NCBI GenBank assembly: GCA_010093605.1
Contig: MU004192.1
Coordinates: 1,521,112 to 1,553,376 of the forward strand
Source: Lophium mytilinum
Lineage: Eukaryota
Direction: 5' to 3'
Length of the DNA: 32,265 bases
Part shown: positions 1-9,841 of the stretch, one piece after another
How positions within the stretch are numbered: the first letter of the stretch is position 1
Layout of the letters: every line of letters begins with the position of its first letter
Position numbers and translations under genes: made by a program
Notes under the pieces: generated by a model
The model's database searches: none
What the model saw: the letters and a program-made list of their open reading frames with translations, nothing else
Told to the model about the DNA's origin: nothing

Positions 1-18
1 ATAAGAATGTTAGAGAAT

Positions 19-275
19 TATAAGGATTATAATAGCATAAGCGTTAAATCCTTACGCATAATAGGCTTAAAAGCCTTTAAACGGGACGAAACCGTGAGCA
101 TTTAAACGTGATACAACGAACGTTGGATAACGTTACAAGAAAGTTAGAGAAATGTTTTATAATGCATTAAATGCTGTATATATACTCCGTTGCTGTTAAT
201 ATAGAATAGAACTTAAGTAATACAATTCCTATCTATCTATCTATCTATTCTCCCATTAACTCTATACCTTTAATA
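19..275 (+). repeat. 5' LTR of copia element
   Basis: TATAAGG...TTTAATA is the RIP-mutated form of TGTAAGG...TTTGACA, whose intact termini are seen in the copy at 30295..30558. Aligns over its full length with 5227..5483. Confidence 0.95.
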
Positions 276-289
276 GGTTATAAGCTTAG
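276..289 (+). promoter_or_regulatory. Primer-binding site, copia/Ty5 type (internal tRNA-iMet fragment)
   Basis: GGTTATAAGCTTAG directly after the LTR; C>T/G>A reversion gives GGTTATGAGCCCAG, resembling the half-tRNAiMet PBS of copia-type elements. Confidence 0.7.
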
Positions 290-951
290 ATTGCACTACG
301 TAATCTACAGCTATATAAAGCACTAACGGGCAGGTTCCATCTTAAAATCAACTAGATATTAATTAAAATCATTTAAATTAACTAAATATTGGACGAAAAC
401 GACGCCGTTTACTATCTTAATTACTATCTCCAGCATACAAACCTACTATACTACCCTACGAGTGGTTTCAAGCATAAAATAAAGCCGAAAACAAAGCCAA
501 AATTAAAGGAGACGAATTAATCGACTATAAACCCGCCATACAACAGCTAGAACGCGATCTGGAATTATAAATCTATCATAAATAAAATTAGACTAAAGAA
601 ATATTACCTATTTATTATATCTATTAACACGAAGCTTCTATAAGCTTATATTACATTATAAACTATATAATTAACCTTCCAACATCTATTATCTATTACG
701 TATTAAATCTAGATACTCTAGATTAGATTATAACTTTTTATCCTATTATCTCATCTAATACAAGAAGATAAATCAATTAGAATTTAAAATATTTCTCTTT
801 CTATCTACCTATCTATTCGCTAAATATATAGATAGCTAGAAATCTATCTATTTAAACAAAAATCTATAGATATATAGAAATCCATCTATTTATCTATTTA
901 TCTATCTATCTATTTGCCTAACGGGCTATCTATCTATCTATTTAATCTAAA

Positions 952-3900
952 ATGGATAAAATTAGTATTACTAAGCTAGTTAGTTAATCTAACTATAAAG
1001 TTTAGGCTCTAAGAGTACAATCTCTCTTAGTAGAAAAAAGTTATAGTAATGCTATTAGCAGTACTACTCCTATTCCGATTAATAAGGAAAACAATGCAAA
1101 AGTATTAGCTACTATTAGGCTTACTATAGAGGATGGTCCTCTATTATAATTATAGTATTCCGCTACTATAATAGAAGCTTAGAAGCTACTAAAGAAGCTA
1201 TATAGCCTAAAGGGCTTTAGTTCTAAATTCCTTATTTATAAGAAACTATTTAATACTATTTTATCCAAGTTTTTAACTATAGAAGATTACTTAAATAAGA
1301 TAAAATAGTTAATAGATTAATTAAAAGCGAAAAAGCTTAAATTACTAAACTAAGTTATTATAGCCTGGGTTTTAAATAACCTAATAGACCCCTATAATGG
1401 CTTTATAATAATAGTTACATAATTCTATAGGGAAAATTCATCTAATATTAAATTAGATAATTTATTCTCTAATTTAATAGATAAAGCAAGAAGACAAGAG
1501 TCTAAAGAGCACGAAACGGCTCTATTTAATAGAACTAAAAAGTTCTTGCCTAAAAATAAGAATAGAATAGAAAAACAATACTATAAGAAGTGTAAAACAG
1601 CTACGCACCTTATAAAAGATTGTTTCTATCTATTTCCTAAAAGGGCACTAAAATAGTTTAGAACTAAAGAATATTTTAAACCACTAAAAGAAAATAAGGA
1701 AGAATCCTTAATTATAGAGGAATCTAACCCTAGATAGGACAATTTTAATATAGAACTAGATGCAGCTAAAGTAAAGGTATTTCTAGCATCCTATTATACC
1801 CCTAATAATAAAGCTAATTATATATTAGACTCTAGGAGCACAAGCTATATAATAGTAGATAGAAAGCTATTTACTAGCTATAAAGAATAAGCTACTATAT
1901 TAAATTAGGCAGAAAATAAAACTATAACTATAAATAGTGTAGGAAATATACAATTAAAACTAAATAGAAATATATTTATACTAGAAAAGTGCCTTTTTAT
2001 ACCTAACTTTAGATATAATCTAATATCTATAAGTAAATTAGATTCTATAGGAATAAGCGTTATATTTAAGAATAAAATAGCTATTATATATAAAAATAAT
2101 AATATACTAGTAATAGCATTGCTTAAAAACTCTTTATACTATATAAATCTAGAAAATACAACACTTTTTATAAAGTAAATAGATAAAAAAATAAACTAAA
2201 TATATAAAGAGATAGATAAAAGCGATTTAATAAATATATATATAGATAGAAATAATCTATCTATTTAGCACTAAAGAATAGGCTATATAAGCTCTAGAAA
2301 GCTTAGTATACTATTAGGTATACTGCCTATAAAAGAACCTATATAATGTAAAGCCTATATAAAAGCTAAGATAACTAAAAATAAAAGAAGTAAGAAATTA
2401 ATAGTAAAAACTAAAATTCCTTTATAAAAAGTATCTTTAGATCTAGTAGGGCCTATAGATCTACCTACTTTAGGGGGTAATAAATACATTATCTTCTTTA
2501 TAGATATAGCTTTAAGATATATAGAATATAAACTATTAAAATCTAAAGATAAAGCTTATAACGCCTTTTTAGAATATAAAGCTAAGGCTAGAAATATAGA
2601 AGATAAAAGGAAGATACAAATCTTTAAAACTAATAATAGAGGAGAATATATAAATAAGAAGTTTAAAATAACTCTTTTAAAAACGGGTATAACCTATTAA
2701 TTCTTAAGCCCCTATACGCCGGAATAAAACGGCTTAATAGAATAAATTAATTTAACTATATTTAATATAGTAAGGGCTCTATTATATACAGCTAATTTAC
2801 CTTTTAATTTATAGGGAGAAGCTGTAAATGCGGCCGTATATATATATAATAGAACGCCGCATTCTAGCTTAATAGATAAAACGCTAATTAAGCTATATTA
2901 TAAAAGAAAAGCTAAAATAGATAATATAAAAATCTTTGGCTCTACAGCTTATTATAAGGTTAAAACGCAAATAACTAAATTAGAACTAAGAGCTAAAAAG
3001 GCTATAGTATTAGGCTATAGTTTAAATGCGTATAGACTATTAGATCTAGAAAGTAAAAAGATCTTTTAGGCAAGAGATGTATCTATAATAGAAGGCTTCC
3101 TTAATAAAAGGAATAAAAATAACGTTAATAAAAAGGGAAATCCTTTAAAATACGTTATTAATATAGAGCCACTAAAAGATAATACTAGAAGTAGTAATAC
3201 TATAAGTAATACTATAAGTAATAACACTATAAGTAGTAATAATTTAATAATAGATAAAAGCTCTAAAGATAAATTAGCTATAAAACTATCTAGAAATCTA
3301 TCTATTTAAAGATATACATAAAATCTAAATTTAATAAATAGATATATAGATAAAAATTAAGTATAATTATTAAATACATATATAGATAGAAACTAAACTT
3401 AATTATCTATAAATATATATATAGATAATCTATCTAAAGATAAATTAGCCTTTATTATTAATAATAATAATAAGCCAAATATATATAAACAAGCTATAGA
3501 ATCTTCTTATAATAATAAGTAGAAAGAAGCTATATAAATAGAATTAGACCAGCTTAATAAGTAAAATACCTGGGAGTTAGTAGACTTACTAGTAAATAGA
3601 AATGCGTTAAAAGGACGCTAGGTTTATAAAATTAAAACTAATATAGATAATAATATATCTAAATATAAAGCAAGATAGGTAGTAAAAGGTTTTAGCTAAG
3701 TCTATAGTGTAGATTATAAAGAAACCTTTACTAATACTTGCCGCCTAGAAGTATATAGGCTATTACTTATATTAGCTACTTATTATAACTAGGAAATAAT
3801 ATAATAGGACTTTAAAAACGCATTTATATATATAGACTTAAATAAAGAACTATATATAGAATAACTATATAGTTTTAATAGAAATAATAAAGTCTAGAAG

Positions 3901-5013
3901 CTAAATAAAGTATTATACGGCCTAAAATAGTCCCCTAGATAATAGTATATCTATTTAGCTATATATTTAGAAAAGTACAGGTTTAAAAGTACTATTACAG
4001 ACTAAGTAGTATTTAAAAATACGCAATTAAATATAATAATAGTCTGCTACGTAGATAATTTATTAGTATTTAGGCTAAATATAAAAGATATAGAAAATCT
4101 ATAATTAAAACTAAGTAAAGACTTAGAATTAATAAACTTAGGCCCTATATTCTATTTTCTAGGCATAGAAATAATATATAATAGAAAAGAAAGAACCTTA
4201 TTACTAAGCTAGAAAAAGTATATAAAAAGTCTATTAAAAAGATTTAATAAAGAGAAACTAAATCCCGTTTCTATACCAGGAGAAATAGGTATAAAACTAG
4301 AGAAAAACAATAAATAGGTATTAAAAGAAGATATAAAACTATACTAGTAATAAGTTAGAAGTCTTATTTATCTATTTATAAAGATAAGACTAGATATAGC
4401 CTATAGCGTAAATCTATGCGCTTGTTTTATATCTAATCCTAGTTCTATTTACTTTAAAGCCTTAGAAAGGATCTGGAAATACTTATTATATAAGCCTACG
4501 CACGGAATTAGTGTTAAATTTTCTCCTAGTGATCTAGCACCCTATTTATTAGGATATTCCGATGCAGATTATAGGGGTAATATAATAGGAAGAAAATTAA
4601 TAACTAGCTACTACTTCTCCTATAGAAAAACCCCTATTAGCTAGAATAGTAAACTATAGAAATCTATAGCACTATCTAGTTGCGAAGCTAAATATATAGC
4701 TTTAAAAGAAACTATAAAAGAATATAGATACTTAATAAGTATATTAATCTAACTTAATATTAGAAATATAGAAGAATTCTATCTATTTATTAATAGTTAA
4801 TTAGCTATAGAATTAGCTAATAATTCTAAATACTACTTAAAAACTAAATATATAGATATATAATATTATTTTATAAAAGAAAACGTTTAAAATGGATTAA
4901 TAAAGCTAGCCTACCTTAATACTAAGGAGTAAATAGCTAATATATTCACTAAACTATTAGTAGAAAGTAGTTTTACTAAAATAGTAGACTATATAAGATT
5001 AGATACTAAATAG
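952..5013 (+). pseudogene. gag-pol polyprotein relic (1353 codons, many RIP stops)
   Basis: ATG 952, the RT motif and the terminal TAG 5011-5013 share one frame. Motifs: zinc knuckle (C>Y)KKCKTATHLIKDC ~1582-1623; protease YILDS ~1819; integrase DLVGP ~2440 and TPE*NG ~2716; RT KYKAR*VVKGFS* 3661 and YVD(D>N)L 4048; RNase H GYSDADY ~4552 and IA(D>N)IFTK ~4933. Confidence 0.92.
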
Positions 5014-5066
5014 ATATATAGATATATAGATATAACTCTATTATATAAATAGATAAATATATAGAT

Positions 5067-5103
5067 TCTATCTATCTATCTATCTATCTATATAAAGAAG
5101 AAA

Positions 5104-5171
<68 letters not shown>

Positions 5172-5180
5172 CTCTATCTA
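5067..5180 (+). repeat. (TCTA)n microsatellite in the element 3' UTR
   Basis: Long TCTA runs; the same tract appears as (GATA)n at 30604..30698 in the inverted copy. Confidence 0.9.
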
Positions 5181-5217
5181 TTTAAAAAAGAATATATAAA
5201 ATAAGCATATAACGCTT

Positions 5218-5226
5218 AAGGGAGTG
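5218..5226 (+). promoter_or_regulatory. Polypurine tract
   Basis: AAGGGAGTG immediately before the 3' LTR; same in the second copy (CACTCCCTT from 30559). Confidence 0.75.
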
Positions 5227-5483
5227 TATAAGGATTATAATAGCATAAGCGTTATATCCTTACGCATAATAGGCTTAAAAGCCTTTAAACAGGACGAAAC
5301 TGTAAGCGTTTAAACGTAATATAATAAACGTTGGATAATATTATAAGAACGTTAGAGAAACGTTTTATAATGCATTAAATGCTGTATATATACTCTGTTG
5401 CTGTTAATATAGAATAGAACTTAAGTAATATAATTCCTATCTATCTATCTATCTATTCTCCCATCGACTCTATACCTTTAATA
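5227..5483 (+). repeat. 3' LTR of copia element
   Basis: 257-bp direct repeat of 19..275; differences are mostly C>T/G>A. Confidence 0.95.
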
Positions 5484-5488
5484 AGAAT

Positions 5489-5617
5489 TATTTTATAATA
5501 TATTAAATGCTATATATATACAGCTCTATTGCTATAAATAAAATAAAACTTAAAGTAATATAATTTTTATCTATCTATCTATCTATCTATTCTTATATTA
5601 ACTCTATACCTTAGATA
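5489..5617 (+). repeat. 3' half of an older LTR of the same family that was the insertion target (its 5' part is at 1..18)
   Basis: Joining 1..18 (ATAAGAATGTTAGAGAAT) to 5489.. (TATTTTATAATATATTAAATGC...CTATACCTTAGATA) reconstitutes the LTR sequence; it is more mutated than the inserted element's LTRs. Confidence 0.85.
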
Positions 5618-6133
5618 TAATATAGTTAGCCTTCTATAGCTATAGATAGTCTTTAATATCCTAAAATCTAATACATTATATAGTAAGCTAATAAGCTATA
5701 GAAAATTTGCTCTAGAATCTTAGTCCTTATATTAAATAGTTTTATAAATTTAGGTAAGTAATAATACTTTATATTAGAGATATAGAGAGAAGTACTACAA
5801 GTAAGATTACTAGGCTATTATCTATCTATATAAAACTTTGTAAGTATGTTTTAATCGCATAATGTTAGTAGTGAGATAAGCTATAAGGAGTGCAGCAAAG
5901 CCTTTAAAAAGCTGTTATCCCAGGGACCAGCAGTATTGGCGGAACACTAAAGAGTATTAACATGCTACTGGTTTATAAGCCTTGCGTCATAAAGTCGCTT
6001 TAGACTATAGTTCATTGCAGCAACTTATTGCATTGTACGATGTCAACACTCTAAGCTTCCACAGGGAGAAAGATAACCCATATTGTGCTATTAATGATCC
6101 AGTATACGCTTGTTTACAAGCCCCGTGTCTCGA

Positions 6134-7049
6134 CTACCAGGGGGCATCAGCTAAAGTAGCAATGTGATGCGTCTGGGGATTATGCTTGGCCCAATTCAAG
6201 ATATCCGCGGCCGCCTCCTTCGTCGCATCGCCGCTCACGTAGTGATTATGTTTGCGTCCATAGATCATTCCATCAACACCGGCTTCCGCAAACAGCTTAT
6301 CCACGTACCAAGCATGGCCTTGGAGACTCGTCCACCCGAAGACTCTGCCAAACTCATTCGTCTCGTGTCCCTTCCTTAGTTCGGTGCACGTTTTGTATCC
6401 CTTCTCGTGACAGTTCCCGAAACCGGCGGACAAGGCATAGTAACCGTAAGACATAATGAGTTTCGGGCGGTCAACATTGGACGCTACTTTATTGAAAGCA
6501 TCCAGGCATTCTTGCGCCTCGCCGTTCATATTGATTGCTTCGAAGCTCTTCAGAGTCGGTGCGGTGGACGCCAACGCCTTCTCCTTTCCGTTGTAAAATC
6601 CATATAGCACTTTGACGCCAACGGGCTCTAGGTGCTTCGCTGCTAGGTCGCGGAGTGCTTGACAGTGCACTGTGTCCATTTGGGTCCATATTCGGAGAAC
6701 ACCAATCCGGGCTCTTCAGATCAAGCCAGACAAAGGTGACGGTCCTTCCTTGAGAACGCGCCTCGGCAATGGTTTTGAACATAAGCTCTGCCGTGTCGCC
6801 TCTGGCGGCTGCGTCTTCGTCATGTTGCGCGTTCCAACCGTGTTTGTTGGGCATCATGTCGATTTCAAGTGCGTTTGCGCCGTTGTTCAAGGCATCCCAG
6901 ACGCCAGTGGTCATCAGCACTCAATGGGCGATCGCATACACAGGCCGGGTTGCGTGTTGTTCTTCTTGCGGAGTGCTGAGCACCTGTTGTGTTCCGAGTG
7001 CGCTACCCAGCAGCAGAGACACAGAGAGAAGAGCGAGAGTTAGCTGCAT
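6134..7049 (-). pseudogene. Secreted sphingomyelinase D / phospholipase D (SicTox/Corynebacterium-type GDPD-like) pseudogene
   Basis: ATG 7049 with signal peptide MQLTLALLSVSLLLGSALG. Motifs PVYAIAH*VL, GANALEIDM, AQHD, VWLDLK and C-terminal plug ATLADAPW. In-frame TGA at 6921-6923 and a net frameshift at ~6655-6700 joining ORFs 6489..6920 and 6134..6679. Confidence 0.9.
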
Positions 7050-7579
7050 ATTCGCAGTTAATTGGAGTAGATTGAAGTGTAGTGTGAGCTGTGAGCTTAA
7101 TGTAACATCGAGCTAAGTTGGCAATTGCAGCCGCATTTTATAGGTCTTCCAAAGTTCGGTAAGCCCAGGTGCTCCCAGTACGGAGTCCAATTGTTGGCCA
7201 AGCCCTTAAAGTTGATCTCATGCCGAAGTTTTGCTCATGCAGCATTCGCAAAGGTCTTATTAGTCAGTTAAAAGTCCCGGGAGACCATTTACGTCCTGTA
7301 TGCTGAAAGACGTACCTTTTCGGCGCGAATGCCGCGTTCGCCGTATAACAGGGTTCGTTTATGATCACTAGAGAATAGAAAATGGGCAGAGAGTGCTTCG
7401 ATAGACTGGCCTCGGGGCAAAAGTAAGGCCAAATAGTGAAAGTTGCGCCTTGGCCGTGATTGTGGCGCTGTTGGACTAGGTGACTTGCTGGAAACGCAGC
7501 TGAGCTGTGACACAAATTGGGATGGTTGTATTGATATAAATTCACGACGCGGAAGGAAGGCCAAGAAGGGGAAGAACTT

Positions 7580-7811
7580 GATGTGAGACTGGCTGGATAT
7601 TGACGAAACAAGAAATTGTGGCGTTTAGTTTGTTGTCCAGAACACTCGCTTCGACGCGAGTGGAGACGAAAATGCCCGCCATACTTTTTGAGGTGAGCTG
7701 GAGTTTGATCTTAGACCAAGAGGGATGTGAGGCTGAATAGATAGTGACGAAACGGGAAAACTGTGCGTTTGATTGGTGTCCAGAACACTCGCTTTAGCGC
7801 TAGTAGAGAGA
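7580..7811. repeat. Imperfect ~90-bp direct repeat (7580..7667 and 7725..7811) in the divergent PLD/PI-PLC intergenic region
   Basis: Shared GATGTGAG, TGACGAAAC, GCGTTT and an identical TGTCCAGAACACTCGCTT (7634..7651, 7777..7794). Confidence 0.8.
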
Positions 7812-8152
7812 GCCGGGAAGGAAATGCACGGCGGAAACGACCTGGTTATCCACGTGGGACGTGCAGAATTAGTGGTTTATGCATCCATCATACTGCTCAA
7901 ACACTGTGATAGGGCCTGCATGCAGCAATAGATTATGTGACTGTTTTTAGATGGCCTGATGGTTTTCGGTGAGGCCGCAGGCTTGGAGGACTGTTCAACT
8001 GCCGTCTCGCAAAATGTTCCGCGACTGAAAATAAACAGTCCCTTTAAATAGGTAAGAATGTGCATCTTCGAAAGTGCGGTTATCCCTCAAGCTTCTCGCA
8101 CTCAACTTAGACGGTCTTCGCGTCGCTTTCTTACTAGCAATACATTTCAAGT

Positions 8153-9529
8153 ATGCCGTCAATTCCAAGTCTTCCGAACGACATACATACCAGACTGTAC
8201 GATGAAGGATCGTACCGGCTCAGTGCACTCGTCGCCGGAGCACACGTTGAGAGTCAATGTCTAGGCCATTCCACATTGGTGTGGTATGTCGACAAGCAAC
8301 CGTCACCAGAGGCTTCAGAAGAGAAGCGCCAAGTACGAACCGAAATGAAGTCCTACAGCACATTTCCGAAGACTTTCCACTACGAATGCAAGATTGTTTC
8401 TGGAGGCACTATCAAATTCGATGGAAAACGAGAGTAAGGTGTGCTTAGAGATAGTGAATGCAACTGCTGACCGTTCAAGCCCTAGTTATATGTCAGTGTC
8501 AATGGGGACCAAGTACAACGGCAATCTTCTGGAGATGCCAGCGCACCCAAGGTATGTCCGACTGAAAGAAACGATGTTGAATAGCGCTTACGTTCACTGA
8601 ACAACAGCACTTTAGTGAAAAGTAGCGTACAAAACCTTGATCCAGCTGATTGGATGCGCGTCATCCGACAGCAGCACCCTGGAACCCACAAGCTCTCCAG
8701 TCTCACGATACCCGGCACCCATAACAGTTTTGCGAGGGTTGGATATGTCGAAGCCTCCCCTATATTTCCAGATTTTGTGCGCGAATTCGCCGAGTGCCAG
8801 ACATATGGAATCAGGGAACAGCTACTCATGGGTGTACGCTTCATTGACCTTCGAACATCAGGTACTGATCTGCGTCTACGTCACGGCCGTATTGGGCTTA
8901 AGGGACATCTTCGAGAGGCTCTTGACGCTATTGCAGAATTTCTACAGCAGCATTCTCACGAAACTGTGTTGGTCCAGGCGAAACGAGACATGGAGTCTTT
9001 AACGGGAGATCGTCAGGGCGAAACCCCGGAAACCAGACGGGCGGTTGAAGACGCTTTCAGTAGCTACCCATGTAGCTATGTGGAAACGAGGGAGCCTTCT
9101 CTTGACGAATGCCGCGGAAAGATGGTTCTTTTGTCTACCGATCACGCGACGAAAGGCATAAACCTGTCTCCAATCCGTGATGGATCGCCGAATATCAATT
9201 GGGACTATGAAGACGTGGAGCAACATTGGAAAGACGTCGCGCGACGCTTGGAATGGAACGTTAACAACTCCTCTACCGATGATGGGTTTTGGTATCATTG
9301 TGGCTGCAATAGTTACTGGTTTCCTCCGGGAAATGTCCTCTCGAATGTGGTAGCGATCGAAAAGCACGGCTACCGGACTCCAAGGGACCATTCCAACCAT
9401 CTCAATTGGCGCATGAGTGAGCTCATCAAGAATCAGTACTGGGACAAGCCGAATCGGCTTGGGCTTGTGCAGCTGGACTTTGCGTATCCCACCCTCGTGA
9501 AGCAGTTGCTTTTGACGAATTTCAAGTAG
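8153..9529 (+). CDS. PI-PLC X-domain (bacterial-type phosphatidylinositol phospholipase C-like) protein, 3 exons
   Basis: Exons 8153..8433, 8486(or 8480)..8551 and 8608..9529. Introns GTAAGG..GCTGAC..TAG and GTATGT..CAG keep the frame. Motifs WM, LSSLTIPGTHNS, CQ..I.EQL..GVRFIDLR, RHG, L.ECRGKMVL and C-terminal LGLVQLDF; both catalytic His present. Confidence 0.9.
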
Positions 9530-9841
9530 TTGTACTTTAGAACTTTAGTGAGTAGAGCGCTCGTGACGTGGGGCGTACCTACATTATCCGAGTGGAATAT
9601 AACAGCATGTTTGCTTCATGCCTATATGCTCTCTGTGAGTACACAGTGATTACGTCTTCGTTAATGCGTTCCGTATAAACCTCACTATGATGTATGAACT
9701 TCATTTGAACTAATAGCCATTGGTTGGACTTCCAATTATCAACTCCGCGACTGTTACAAAAAGAAAATAATGCCGCAAAGGCTCATGCAAATGCTAGAAC
9801 GCGAAAGGGTTGCAAAAGGAAAGCGAAGCGGCTCCACACAG

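Larger units (their letters stand above)
19..5483 (+). mobile_element. Full-length Ty1/copia LTR retrotransposon, RIP-inactivated
   Basis: Two 257-bp direct LTRs (19..275, 5227..5483) and a 5-bp TSD AGAAT (14..18, 5484..5488). PBS follows the 5' LTR and PPT precedes the 3' LTR. Internal relic motifs run gag-knuckle, protease, integrase, RT, RNase H (copia order). Extreme TpA excess and CpA/TpG depletion. Confidence 0.96.

Noticed and set aside
6921..6923. Stop-codon recoding or A-to-I editing of the in-frame TGAs in PLD and GT31
   Set aside because: Editing would give Trp where the PLD family has Arg, both genes also carry frameshifts, and other genes here use TGA as a normal stop.
7265..7530. 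RNase MRP-like words (AAAAGTCCC, ATAGTGA, ACACAAATTGGGAT) and small hairpins
   Set aside because: The P4 consensus is not met (no GAAAG start, no GGGGCT partner); would need an Infernal/Rfam hit.
7580..7811. CRISPR-like or Helitron-end reading of the hairpin repeat
   Set aside because: Eukaryotic context, only two diverged copies, and hairpin-to-CTRR spacing does not fit a Helitron 3' end.
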